Virus record (IMG/VR): IMGVR_UViG_3300020048_000028
Direction: 5' to 3' (one strand)
From: an uncultured virus (IMG/VR IMGVR_UViG_3300020048_000028)
Taxonomy: Duplodnaviria; Heunggongvirae; Uroviricota; Caudoviricetes
Length of the DNA stretch: 64,000 bases
The notes under the pieces are model-generated. The model was given only the letters and a program-made list of their open reading frames with translations, had not been told where the DNA came from and searched no databases. Position numbers and translations under genes: made by a program. Positions 53,915 to 63,334 of the stretch are shown piece after piece. How positions within the stretch are numbered: the stretch's first letter is position 1; each line of letters starts with the position of its first letter.

Positions 53915-55353
53915 TAGATTTTGATAAAAAAGGTAGAGGCAGACCAAAAAAAACAGATGCTACTGTAATTCAAAAAAACACATTCGATGAAACTAATACA
54001 AATAATAATTCTGTAAATAATAGCGATATAAATAATAGCGATATAAATAATGATGTTGATATTGATGCGGATGAAGATGCAGACCTTAAACAGTATTTAA
54101 AAAATAAAGTTAAAAATAAAACGGAAATGAGCAATCCAATAGCAAATATTGACGAGGAAATTCTAAAAGAAATAGAGGATATTGATAAGAAAAGCACTAT
54201 TCAAAATGATGATATTCCCGATTCTGATTATAATCCACTTGAAGAAGCTGTTGAGGATAGAGGTTATACAAAGGGTATGAATCATCAAGCTAATATTGGA
54301 GTTGAAAGAATTATAGACGAGCCTACTTATATGTCGGGTTCATCTGTAAGACCTGATGTTGATGAGAGGCTTTTAAATCCCGACATGGGAAATAATACTA
54401 CTACTAAATCAAATTCAGGCGGAAGTAGTAATTCAGGAGGCGGTAATTCAGGTAATTCAGGAGGCGGTAATTCAGGTAATTCGGGTAATGCTAATTCGGG
54501 AGGTAATTCAGTAGGAAATTCAGGAAATGACTTTAGTAGTAATTCAAGTCAAAATTCTGATAATGTATCAAGTTCAAGTAACGGAGAAAAGGGAGGTAAT
54601 GAAAAAAAATTAACTCTTAAAGAACAGAGAGATGGTGCTGAGAAAACTGCCGAGATAGCTTTAATGGCTTATAAAAACTATGTTCCATTACCATTTATTT
54701 ATTTCAGTAAATTTAATGTAAAGAAATTAAAAGAATCTGAAAAAGCAGGTGAGATTGATTTACAAACTCCTTTTGATAGAAAAGGAACTAAATTCATAGA
54801 CCATGTAAATAAATTTAATAAAGAAGTAGAAAATTCTTTTGAAGTTAGTGAAGAAGAAATTGAAGCTCTAAGAGAGCCTTTGATTGATGTCTTAATGGAA
54901 AAAGAAGTCAGTTTAACTCCAACTCAGCGATTAATATTTGTTGCAGGTCAATTTACAGTAGCCAAGATTATTAATGTCGTTAGATTGGTTTCTCAGCAAA
55001 AAGAAGATATTGCTGATATGAAACAGATGCACAAAGAAAGAATGGAATCTGATAGATTAAATAGAGAGGTTACTGTTAATTCTCAAAAAACAAGAGTAGT
55101 AGTAAATAGAGAAAAAAACAGACCTACTGCTTCTGAAAAAATACAAGAAGTAGAAGTTGAAGAAGTTATAGCAAGAAACAATCCTACTATGGATGAGGTT
55201 ATTAATATGGTAGCAGAAGAAGAACAAGAAGAACAGGAAGAAGAAGAACAAGAAGAAGAACAAGAAGAACAAGAAGAACAAGAAGAACAAGAAGAACAAG
55301 AAGAAGAACAAAAGTTATTAGATGATGATGATGACAATGATATTCCTGATTAA
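53911..55353 (+). CDS. low-complexity protein: N-terminal AT-hook, S/G/N linker, hydrophobic segment, acidic EQE tail
   Basis: KGRGRPKK; NSGGGNSG repeats; (GAACAAGAA)n at about 55218-55311. Confidence 0.8.
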   Translation: MIDFDKKGRGRPKKTDATVIQKNTFDETNTNNNSVNNSDINNSDINNDVDIDADEDADLKQYLKNKVKNKTEMSNPIANIDEEILKEIEDIDKKSTIQNDDIPDSDYNPLEEAVEDRGYTKGMNHQANIGVERIIDEPTYMSGSSVRPDVDERLLNPDMGNNTTTKSNSGGSSNSGGGNSGNSGGGNSGNSGNANSGGNSVGNSGNDFSSNSSQNSDNVSSSSNGEKGGNEKKLTLKEQRDGAEKTAEIALMAYKNYVPLPFIYFSKFNVKKLKESEKAGEIDLQTPFDRKGTKFIDHVNKFNKEVENSFEVSEEEIEALREPLIDVLMEKEVSLTPTQRLIFVAGQFTVAKIINVVRLVSQQKEDIADMKQMHKERMESDRLNREVTVNSQKTRVVVNREKNRPTASEKIQEVEVEEVIARNNPTMDEVINMVAEEEQEEQEEEEQEEEQEEQEEQEEQEEQEEEQKLLDDDDDNDIPD

Positions 55354-55366
55354 TTAATTATAATTT

Positions 55367-56218
55367 ATGAGAGAGCCACAATTAATAATAGCTACGGGAA
55401 CAAAGGGTGTTGGAAAAACTTACAAAACTTGTGAGCTTGTTCAAGAATACCTTACTCCTAATATTAAAATAGGAAAGAAACCAAGAAAAGTTTTAATATT
55501 TGATGTAAATGGAGAATATACAAATGATGAAATTGTTAAAAATGGTTTTAGATTTAGAATAAAAACACTTGCTCTAAGAGATTTAGAGGAATGGTCTAAA
55601 CAAAAAAGAGTTGAAGTAAGAAGGATTCTTCCTGTTGATGCAAAAGGCAACGAATTAGGTACAGAGCAATATCCCGAAGTGCTTGAGGTAATATTACATT
55701 ATTTTAAAGGTGGTATGCTTATATTAGAAGATATTAATAAATACCTTACAGAAACAAGAAACGCTAAAATAATTGGAGCTTTAACAACAAACAGACATAG
55801 AGATTTAGATATATACATACACTTGCAATCACTTTCTCCTTTGACAACAAGGATGTGGCAAAATGCAAACGTAATTAGATTTCACTATCAATTAGATGAT
55901 ATTGATAGATATAAAGCAAGGATACCAAATTATGAACTTTTTAAAGTTGCTCAATTAATGGTAAACGAAAAATATATGTCGGGTGATATAAGGTTTTTTT
56001 GTTATGTATTAAATCAAGGGAATAAGATTATAGGTAATTTTTCAAAAGAAGATTTTATTTTAGCTTGCAGGCATTATCTTGAATTGCATGGTTCTAAACT
56101 TAAATTAGTTCAGCAGAAGTATGGTAAAGATTACGATTCTCAAATTAAAGCTATGAAAGAATGTATAGTAGAGCTTTATAAAAAATATTACGGAAATAAT
56201 AAAAAAGCAATTAGCTAA
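55367..56218 (+). CDS. FtsK/HerA-superfamily ATPase resembling A32-type viral packaging ATPases
   Basis: GTKGVGKT, LIFDVNGEY, LILED, NRHRDLDIYIHLQS...RMWQN. Confidence 0.7.
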   Translation: MREPQLIIATGTKGVGKTYKTCELVQEYLTPNIKIGKKPRKVLIFDVNGEYTNDEIVKNGFRFRIKTLALRDLEEWSKQKRVEVRRILPVDAKGNELGTEQYPEVLEVILHYFKGGMLILEDINKYLTETRNAKIIGALTTNRHRDLDIYIHLQSLSPLTTRMWQNANVIRFHYQLDDIDRYKARIPNYELFKVAQLMVNEKYMSGDIRFFCYVLNQGNKIIGNFSKEDFILACRHYLELHGSKLKLVQQKYGKDYDSQIKAMKECIVELYKKYYGNNKKAIS

Positions 56219-56273
56219 ATAAACAATCAAAACCAAAACAACCAAAAAAACCAAATCAAATAAACCAAAGACT

Positions 56274-57233
56274 ATGACAACACTAACAACATTATTATTA
56301 TTTAATTTTCCATTAGTATTTTTTTCTATTATAGCTATTATATTATTTGTATCGTCTGTGTACGGTAATATAAATAAAGACGATAATATTGAGGTTGATG
56401 AAGAAACAAGTTATTTAAAAGAATATTTAGATAATGAAACTAAGAGTTTTACTTTTTATTTGGAAAATACAAGTAATATTGAGTTAGAATTGGATTTATG
56501 TAATTTAGAAAATAGTGTTTTATATAAATTTGACACTCCTTCTACCGACTATAAAAAATTAGTTGAATATTTAAAAGTTAATAGTTTTAATGTTAATTTA
56601 ACGAGAGTATCATATAACAACGCTTCGTGGAAAAAAGATATTATTAGAAGTTTACAATATACTCCTTTTCGTATTATCGAAAATCCTATTTTTCATGGTT
56701 ATAATAATATGAGTCCTTTTCAATTTCAGAGTAATCTTGTAGATACTGCCGAGCCTTATAAATTTAATTATTTCAATAGCTTAAAAGTTAAATTAAATCC
56801 CTCTGACAAAAAAATTATCACCTTGTTTGTAACTGACGATGATAATTCTGTAATAGATAATACTAAATATTTAGCCTGTTTGTCAATAACTAACAATACC
56901 AATGAGGATAAAATGGTAAAGCTTTTTGATAGAAAGTTTTTTTCTGAAATAAAAGATAATGAGATAGAGATTGAATCTATTTATAAAAAAGGAGAGTATC
57001 CTGTTGTTATGGATGTATATTGTTCAAGACCTTTGATTGCAAAATATATAAAGTTTTTGACTGAATATTCATTTATTAAATGTAAAATAAATAAAAATGT
57101 TCATAATGTTATTCCAAATATAAATGCTTTTCAGACGAATATTTTAGAGCTTGATATGGCAGAACCTTTATTTATTGGAGAATTTGAAATAAATGTTGAG
57201 GCAAATAGTGAGTTACTTGTTTCTTTTTATTAA
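56274..57233 (+). CDS. membrane-anchored protein with an internally duplicated beta-rich domain
   Basis: N-terminal TM segment; two halves with the pattern (L/I)xN(T/N)...Y...FQ(S/T)N(L/I)...AEP. Confidence 0.7.
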   Translation: MTTLTTLLLFNFPLVFFSIIAIILFVSSVYGNINKDDNIEVDEETSYLKEYLDNETKSFTFYLENTSNIELELDLCNLENSVLYKFDTPSTDYKKLVEYLKVNSFNVNLTRVSYNNASWKKDIIRSLQYTPFRIIENPIFHGYNNMSPFQFQSNLVDTAEPYKFNYFNSLKVKLNPSDKKIITLFVTDDDNSVIDNTKYLACLSITNNTNEDKMVKLFDRKFFSEIKDNEIEIESIYKKGEYPVVMDVYCSRPLIAKYIKFLTEYSFIKCKINKNVHNVIPNINAFQTNILELDMAEPLFIGEFEINVEANSELLVSFY

Positions 57234-57253
57234 ATTTAAAAGACAAAAATAAC

Positions 57254-57940
57254 ATGAAATCTAAAATACTATTTAAGTTTGCAACAAGGTCAAGACCTGA
57301 TAAATTCATTACGGGAATTAATAACATATTCGCTAAGGTTTCAGATAAAGAAAACTTTCAGGTTTTAGTTAGTGCCGATAGTAATGATACATCTATGTAT
57401 AACCAAGAGGTTATGAATAAGATTAAAGACCACTTAGATTCGGGAAAGATTATAATGTCTTTCGGAGAAAGTAAATCAAAGATTGACGCTATTAATAGAG
57501 ATATGGAGTTGGTTAATGATTGGCATATATTAATGAATTTTTCTGATGATATGGAGTTTATTACAGATGGCTTTGATGAAATAGTTCGTTCTCATTTCGC
57601 TACTCACTTTCCTGACTATAACGGTAATATGTATTACAATGATGGATTTGTCGGAGATAAATTAAGTACTATGTCAATTATAGGTAAAACTTATTTTGAT
57701 ACAGTTCTTAATAAGAGAATATACAATGATGAATATATGTCGCTTTTTTGTGATAATGAATACACAGAAGTTGCTAAAAAATTAAATAAAATTCAGTATT
57801 ATAATATGATTCTTTACAAACATAATCATCCATCTAATAATGGAAGTATGTTAGATGAGCAATATAGAAGAACAGAATCTTATTGGGAACAAGATAAATT
57901 AGTATATGAAAAACGCTCTAAAATCAACTTTGGATTATGA
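57254..57940 (+). CDS. GT-A fold glycosyltransferase-like protein
   Basis: ATRSRP, SKIDAIN, NFSDDM, FCDNE, HNHP. Confidence 0.75.
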   Translation: MKSKILFKFATRSRPDKFITGINNIFAKVSDKENFQVLVSADSNDTSMYNQEVMNKIKDHLDSGKIIMSFGESKSKIDAINRDMELVNDWHILMNFSDDMEFITDGFDEIVRSHFATHFPDYNGNMYYNDGFVGDKLSTMSIIGKTYFDTVLNKRIYNDEYMSLFCDNEYTEVAKKLNKIQYYNMILYKHNHPSNNGSMLDEQYRRTESYWEQDKLVYEKRSKINFGL

Positions 57941-58218
57941 AAATATTAATTACTTTAAAAAGAATATTCTTTTTGCCTCATATAATTACGACAGCAATTA
58001 TTTTAGTTATTTATTATTATTTTATATTTAGAAACGCTATAAAAAATAGCCCTGAATATAATAGTGAAACGATTCAATTGGATACTATTGATTATTTTAA
58101 AAAATATTTCCCTGAAATTAAAACTGACATAGATATATATAACGAAAAATACTTTTTTATTAAATATGTTTTTTCTTTGTTATTTTGGCTTTTCATTATC
58201 AACATAATAATTTTTTAA
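57937..58218 (+). CDS. small membrane protein
   Basis: Hydrophobic termini. Confidence 0.65.
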   Translation: MKILITLKRIFFLPHIITTAIILVIYYYFIFRNAIKNSPEYNSETIQLDTIDYFKKYFPEIKTDIDIYNEKYFFIKYVFSLLFWLFIINIIIF

Positions 58219-58234
58219 TAAATAAATTTCAAAT

Positions 58235-58858
58235 ATGTCTTACACACAAAACAACGAAGAAGCATTAATACTTAATCACTTCTCAAACAGAAACCCTTCA
58301 GATTTAACCGTACTTGATATTGGTGCTAATGATGGAAAAACATTTAGTAACTCGCTTAAAGTAATTGAGCTTGGGTGGTATGGTTTATTAGTTGAGCCAT
58401 CTCCAAAAGCATTTAAGATGCTTACTGAATTACATGGTTTTAAAAATAATGTAATGTGTTTCCCTATTGCTATAACCAATCAAAATGGTATGTTTCAATT
58501 ACAAGAAAGTTCTTCAATATTAAATCAGGGAGATACCTCGCTTGTATCATCTTTAAAACAAGAAGAAACAGTAAAATGGGCAAATAACAATGTTCGTTTT
58601 AATGAAGTAAATGTTATGGGTATGGACTTTAAATCATTCCAAGCAACTGCTACTCGTAACCGATTTAATCTTATCTCTATTGATGTAGAGGGTTATGATT
58701 ATGAAGTTTTATCTCAAATAGATTTAGCTTCAGTTGGCTGCGAAATGCTTATTGTAGAATTTAATGGAAAAGATGAAGCATTATTTACTGATTATGCTAA
58801 TAAGTTTGGTATGAAATTAATTTCTAAAAATCCTGAAAATCTTATATTTGTAAAATAA
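58235..58858 (+). CDS. FkbM-family methyltransferase
   Basis: VLDIGANDG, LLVEPSP, ISIDVEGYD. Confidence 0.9.
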   Translation: MSYTQNNEEALILNHFSNRNPSDLTVLDIGANDGKTFSNSLKVIELGWYGLLVEPSPKAFKMLTELHGFKNNVMCFPIAITNQNGMFQLQESSSILNQGDTSLVSSLKQEETVKWANNNVRFNEVNVMGMDFKSFQATATRNRFNLISIDVEGYDYEVLSQIDLASVGCEMLIVEFNGKDEALFTDYANKFGMKLISKNPENLIFVK

Positions 58859-58869
58859 ATAATAACGAC

Positions 58870-59115
58870 ATGGCAGATTTTATGTATTTAATCTTTATAA
58901 TTTGGAATTACTTATGGATATTAGGAATACTGTGTATTTTTCTAAGAAGTGATTATAAAGAAGTGCTTATTGAAATATTTTCAATGCCGCTTCAAAATAA
59001 TTTATTCTTAATAATTGTTTCGGGGCTAATAATATATGTATTTATTCCTTTAACTATTCCTTACAGCATGAAGGAAATTATATATAATAAAAACAACGAC
59101 AACGACAAAAAATAG
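58870..59115 (+). CDS. small membrane protein
   Basis: Two hydrophobic segments. Confidence 0.65.
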   Translation: MADFMYLIFIIWNYLWILGILCIFLRSDYKEVLIEIFSMPLQNNLFLIIVSGLIIYVFIPLTIPYSMKEIIYNKNNDNDKK

Positions 59116-59118
59116 AAA

Positions 59119-59472
59119 ATGAATTTAAAAGATTTAAAAGATAACATAACTATAAAAATGGTAGCTGACGATTTCGGAGTTTTACAACGGAATGGATATG
59201 ACTTAACTTGCCCTATTATACCACCTCAGACAGTAAGGCAGGTTGTTAAAGGAGCTTTAGGTCAACAGCAAGAGCAAATTTCAATACAAAAAGTAGCTTG
59301 TAATACTATTTGCCCACTTTTAAAAATTAATGGAAATGATACCGTTTCTGTTTGTTGTGGAGCTATTGAGGTTGTTCACCAAATAAATAAAGTAATCGAG
59401 CTTTTAGATTCAAATGAGCAAGAAAATAAAAAAATAATTAATTTAAACATAAATAAAACTGATATTAATTAA
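59119..59472 (+). CDS. hypothetical Cys-containing protein
   Basis: CP...CNTICP...CC. Confidence 0.7.
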   Translation: MNLKDLKDNITIKMVADDFGVLQRNGYDLTCPIIPPQTVRQVVKGALGQQQEQISIQKVACNTICPLLKINGNDTVSVCCGAIEVVHQINKVIELLDSNEQENKKIINLNINKTDIN

Positions 59473-59477
59473 ATTAA

Positions 59478-60164
59478 ATGAATAAGAGAATTTGTATTAT
59501 AAATTTTTCTGATGATGCAGGAAATTTCAAAAGTGGACAATGGAGATTAGTTGAATCTTTAAAAAACGTAGGTTATGAAGGGGATATTCAATTATACAAT
59601 AGTCATTATCAATTAGGATGTAAGCCTCATGCAGAAGTACCTTATCAGTTTAAGGCATACGCTATTCATAAAGCATATAAAGATGGTTATGATGTTGTTC
59701 TATATTGTGATTCATCAATTTTTCCAATTAAAAATATTACTCCATGCTTAGAGTATATTGAGCAAAATGGGTACTTACTTGAAAGTTGCGGATTCCATCT
59801 TGGTCAATGGTGCAGCGATATAGCATTAAATAAATTCGGTATAACAAGAGATGAAGCATTTCAAATGCGAATGCACTCAGCAGGTTTTACGGGATTAGAT
59901 TTTAGTAACGAAAAATCTAAACAATTTATTGAACAATGGTATGAGTATGCTAAGGCTGAAGAAACATTTAAGGGAGCGTGGAGAAATGATAATAATGAAG
60001 TTTCAGCCGACCCAAGATGTAGTGGGCATAGGCACGACCAATCTGTTGCAACTTATTTAGCAAATAAATTAGAAATGAAAGCTATTAAACCTCATTTTAT
60101 GCAATATAAATATGAAAATTCAGTAATTAAGGAATCTTCAATATTTTTGTGTCAGGGGATATAA
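59478..60164 (+). CDS. putative glycosyltransferase (GT-A-like)
   Basis: FKAYAI, VLYCDSS, HRHDQS. Confidence 0.65.
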   Translation: MNKRICIINFSDDAGNFKSGQWRLVESLKNVGYEGDIQLYNSHYQLGCKPHAEVPYQFKAYAIHKAYKDGYDVVLYCDSSIFPIKNITPCLEYIEQNGYLLESCGFHLGQWCSDIALNKFGITRDEAFQMRMHSAGFTGLDFSNEKSKQFIEQWYEYAKAEETFKGAWRNDNNEVSADPRCSGHRHDQSVATYLANKLEMKAIKPHFMQYKYENSVIKESSIFLCQGI

Positions 60165-60185
60165 TAATAAATAAATAATAATAAT

Positions 60186-60725
60186 ATGGAAAAAGTGTTT
60201 TTGTTTTCACAGGGTGGTTCGGGTACAGGGTACACTTTGAAAAATTTTGATTGGCATGAAGGTATTTATGGTCGCCATGATAGAAATCCAACATTTAAAA
60301 ATATAGATGATAAATTTGTTTATTTATTTAATAACCCCATAGATATATTATTGTCATTTCAAAGAAGAAATTTTTTAAAAGGCAGAGAGGCTATTAAAAA
60401 TCTACAAGGAGATTTATCTTACAATGTTAATGATATTGTAGAATATGCGAGAAATAATAAAGATTATTTTCTGTTTGAAAATCACTTTAATTCTTTTTTT
60501 AATCAGGAAAACAAAGGTTTATTTATAAAATTTGAAGGTCTTGATAAAGGTTGGGATGAAATTGAAAGTTTTACAAAAATGAAAAGAAAAAATAATTTTG
60601 AATGGCTTAAAAAACTAAGCAATCCTAACATATTAAATGATGTTCAATATAATATGTTGCACTATATATATAAAGATTGGATTGCGAGATACAATGAAAT
60701 GCCTAACTTTTTTTACAATAAATAA
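60186..60725 (+). CDS. sulfotransferase-like P-loop protein
   Basis: SQGGSGT, YLFNNPIDILLSF, FIKFE resemble PAPS-binding motifs. Confidence 0.5.
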   Translation: MEKVFLFSQGGSGTGYTLKNFDWHEGIYGRHDRNPTFKNIDDKFVYLFNNPIDILLSFQRRNFLKGREAIKNLQGDLSYNVNDIVEYARNNKDYFLFENHFNSFFNQENKGLFIKFEGLDKGWDEIESFTKMKRKNNFEWLKKLSNPNILNDVQYNMLHYIYKDWIARYNEMPNFFYNK

Positions 60726-60742
60726 ATAATAAAATAAATAAC

Positions 60743-61432
60743 ATGACACAAGAACAAATCAATGAGATGTTTAAATACATCGGGAATTTTGTTTACTCAA
60801 CAACGGATACTCAAAAGCATAGCTTTGAGATGGGTAAATATGTAGTTAATAACAACATCGAAGGAGATATTGTAGAATGCGGCATCGCATCAGGAGCAAA
60901 CTTTGCTACAATGATGCTTGGAGCTATCACAAATCAAGCAGGGTACGACAGAACCTTTTGGGGATTTGATAGCTTTGTAGGTATTCAATTAGCAGGAAAA
61001 AAAGATACTGTTCAAGCAGGTATTGGTGCAATTACACACAATGTTAATGTTCCCGAAGAACAACTTTTAGTTTCAAGTGGAATTACAGTTCATCCTAAAT
61101 CTCAAGTTATTGGTCATTTGACTAATTGGGGATTAATGCCAAGATTGAAAATTAATCTTGTAGAAGGGTGGGTTCAAAATAGTATTCCAACTGTTTTAGC
61201 TCAAATGAATAAAATTTCTATTTTACGTTTAGATATGGATATTTACGAGCCTACTAAATTTACATTAAAACATTTATATCCTTTAATTAGCAAAGGTGGC
61301 GTTATTATTATTGATGATTGGGCTTTAGATGGTGCAAGATTAGCTTGTACTGAATATCTTGAGGAAAATAATATTAAAGTTGATATTCTTGATATACCCA
61401 ATTCTACTCCGAAATTCTTCTTTAAACCATAA
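60743..61432 (+). CDS. TylF/MycF-family O-methyltransferase
   Basis: GDIVECG, GFDSFVG, LRLDMDIYE, GGVIIIDDW. Confidence 0.9.
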   Translation: MTQEQINEMFKYIGNFVYSTTDTQKHSFEMGKYVVNNNIEGDIVECGIASGANFATMMLGAITNQAGYDRTFWGFDSFVGIQLAGKKDTVQAGIGAITHNVNVPEEQLLVSSGITVHPKSQVIGHLTNWGLMPRLKINLVEGWVQNSIPTVLAQMNKISILRLDMDIYEPTKFTLKHLYPLISKGGVIIIDDWALDGARLACTEYLEENNIKVDILDIPNSTPKFFFKP

Positions 61433-61443
61433 AAATAGCTAAA

Positions 61444-62028
61444 ATGACCAAAGACTTAGCTATACTAATTCCAACATTACCCGAAAGACTTGACAACTAT
61501 TGTGGGTTAATGAACGAATTAAAAAATCAAAGAGAAAGGTTTGGACTTCAAGATAAAGTTCAAATACTTTCTTTATTGGACACAAAAGAAATGACTGTTG
61601 GAGAAAAGCGTAATTGGCTTTTGGATATGTCGTATAACGCAAAATATATTCAGTTTCTTGATGATGATGATAAAGTAGCTAATGATTATTTATTAAAGAT
61701 GCAACAAGGTACTTTATACGATAGAGATGTTGTAACTTTTAATGGCGAATATCACGAAGCAGGATTACATAATTGTGATTTTTTAATATCAACTATGGTA
61801 TTAAATGATTCAAATGAAGCAGGTATGATGTACAGAAAACCAAATCATATTTGTGCGGTTAAACGTAGTATAGCTGTTCAATGTCGCTTTCCAATTAAAA
61901 ATTTTGGAGAAGATAGTGAATACGCATCACTTATTAACAAATTGATAAAATCTGAGCATCATATCAATGAAAAATTATACTTTTATATGTTTGATAAAAA
62001 TACATCTCAAACTCACGCATTCAAATAA
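61444..62028 (+). CDS. GT2-like glycosyltransferase
   Basis: ILIPT, GEKRN, FLDDDD, GEDS. Confidence 0.85.
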   Translation: MTKDLAILIPTLPERLDNYCGLMNELKNQRERFGLQDKVQILSLLDTKEMTVGEKRNWLLDMSYNAKYIQFLDDDDKVANDYLLKMQQGTLYDRDVVTFNGEYHEAGLHNCDFLISTMVLNDSNEAGMMYRKPNHICAVKRSIAVQCRFPIKNFGEDSEYASLINKLIKSEHHINEKLYFYMFDKNTSQTHAFK

Positions 62029-62052
62029 TTAAAACTAAAAACCAAAGACCAA

Positions 62053-62580
62053 ATGAAAGAAAAACAAGCAGTACAAAACAGCGAAAATGCTCAAATGTTA
62101 GCGTTAGATTTACAGCAAAAAGAGCAAATTGACAACAAACTTAATTTCTATAAGACTATGCTGAAAGCGTATGAGGACTTATCGGAAGTAATTAGCAAAA
62201 AAGTTTTATTTATTGATAGTATTGAACTTAGTCAAAAAAGTCTTGATGATATTTATGAAAAAAACAAACTTATCTTAGAAAAATTAGAAATTGAAAATAC
62301 TATTTTTAATAAAAAACAATTCTTTGAGATGTGGTTAAAGCGTTCTGCTGATTATGAGCAAAAATTTGCTATGATTACTGCCGAGTCTAATGAGAAATTT
62401 GATGAGGTAGAAGCACAAGCTAAAGAAATCGCTTTGGGAAATATCAAATTAAAGAGTTATATGGATAAGTATGATAAAGAAGAAAATAAAGAACAAAGAA
62501 TTAAAAACGAATACTATCTTCTTTTGAAATATGAGATTACTAAATTAACAGGTAAAGGCAAATTTGAAGTTGTAAAATAA
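62053..62580 (+). CDS. coiled-coil hypothetical protein
   Basis: 175-aa ORF. Confidence 0.75.
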   Translation: MKEKQAVQNSENAQMLALDLQQKEQIDNKLNFYKTMLKAYEDLSEVISKKVLFIDSIELSQKSLDDIYEKNKLILEKLEIENTIFNKKQFFEMWLKRSADYEQKFAMITAESNEKFDEVEAQAKEIALGNIKLKSYMDKYDKEENKEQRIKNEYYLLLKYEITKLTGKGKFEVVK

Positions 62581-62583
62581 TTC

Positions 62584-62693
62584 GTGCCTATGGAGGTGTC
62601 CTAATTATTGCCCTCACAATAATCCTGAAATAACGATTTCAGGCACTCTGACGGAGCATAACCCGTTAATACATAGGATAAACCAATAGGCAC
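62584..62693 (+). ncRNA. candidate structured RNA (multi-branch junction)
   Basis: Closing stems GTGCCTAT/ATAGGCAC and TGTCCTA/TAGGATA enclose three hairpins. Confidence 0.5.
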
Positions 62694-62710
62694 TTACTTT
62701 TTAATTATTT

Positions 62711-63334
62711 ATGAACTTAAAAGAGTTTGAGCCGATATTTAAAAATGACATAGCTCCTATTTATGTTAAACACAAAAAAGAATTTGACGAGTTCGGAATA
62801 CATGGCTGTTTACATATATCAAGGTCTTTAATTATAAGTAGATTGCTTTTTAAACAATTAACTAATTTAGGTTTTTTACTCGATATAGATAAAATAACTT
62901 ATGCAGTTGCTTTTCACGATAGTGGTAGAAAGGCTAATGGAATTGATTATTGGGAGGCAAATAGTTTTTATATATGCTCAAACTATCTTGATAATAAAAA
63001 CATACCTGATTCAAATTATATATCTTCTTTAATTATAAAAGATAATAATAAGAATGACTACAACTACTTTTGTGTTTATGATACCGATGTTTTAGAAATA
63101 GCCCGACCATGCACAGGTGTAGGCGTTTATAATTTCAATCCTACATTCCTAAAACTAAAAGATATATTTTCAAATCATTATACTACTATTCAAAATGAGG
63201 TTTTTAGCTTTATATTAGATACTGAAAATATAAAAGATAATTTTTCAAATGAAAACTCTTTAATTAACTTAATAGAATATTTAGAAAACAAAAAAGAATT
63301 ATATCCTTTGCTATATGATGCAAGTATTTCCTAA
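62711..63334 (+). CDS. HD-domain phosphohydrolase
   Basis: HGCLHISR, AFHDSGR, YDTDVLE. Confidence 0.8.
   Translation: MNLKEFEPIFKNDIAPIYVKHKKEFDEFGIHGCLHISRSLIISRLLFKQLTNLGFLLDIDKITYAVAFHDSGRKANGIDYWEANSFYICSNYLDNKNIPDSNYISSLIIKDNNKNDYNYFCVYDTDVLEIARPCTGVGVYNFNPTFLKLKDIFSNHYTTIQNEVFSFILDTENIKDNFSNENSLINLIEYLENKKELYPLLYDASIS

Noticed and set aside
52812..55337. Repetitive antisense peptides (LVLV, FFLF, SSC) as real proteins
   Set aside because: They are reverse complements of the AQ and EQE coding repeats
62584..62693. tRNA or hammerhead ribozyme
   Set aside because: No T-loop or CCA, and CTGACGG does not match the CUGAnGA core with GAAA in the required arrangement
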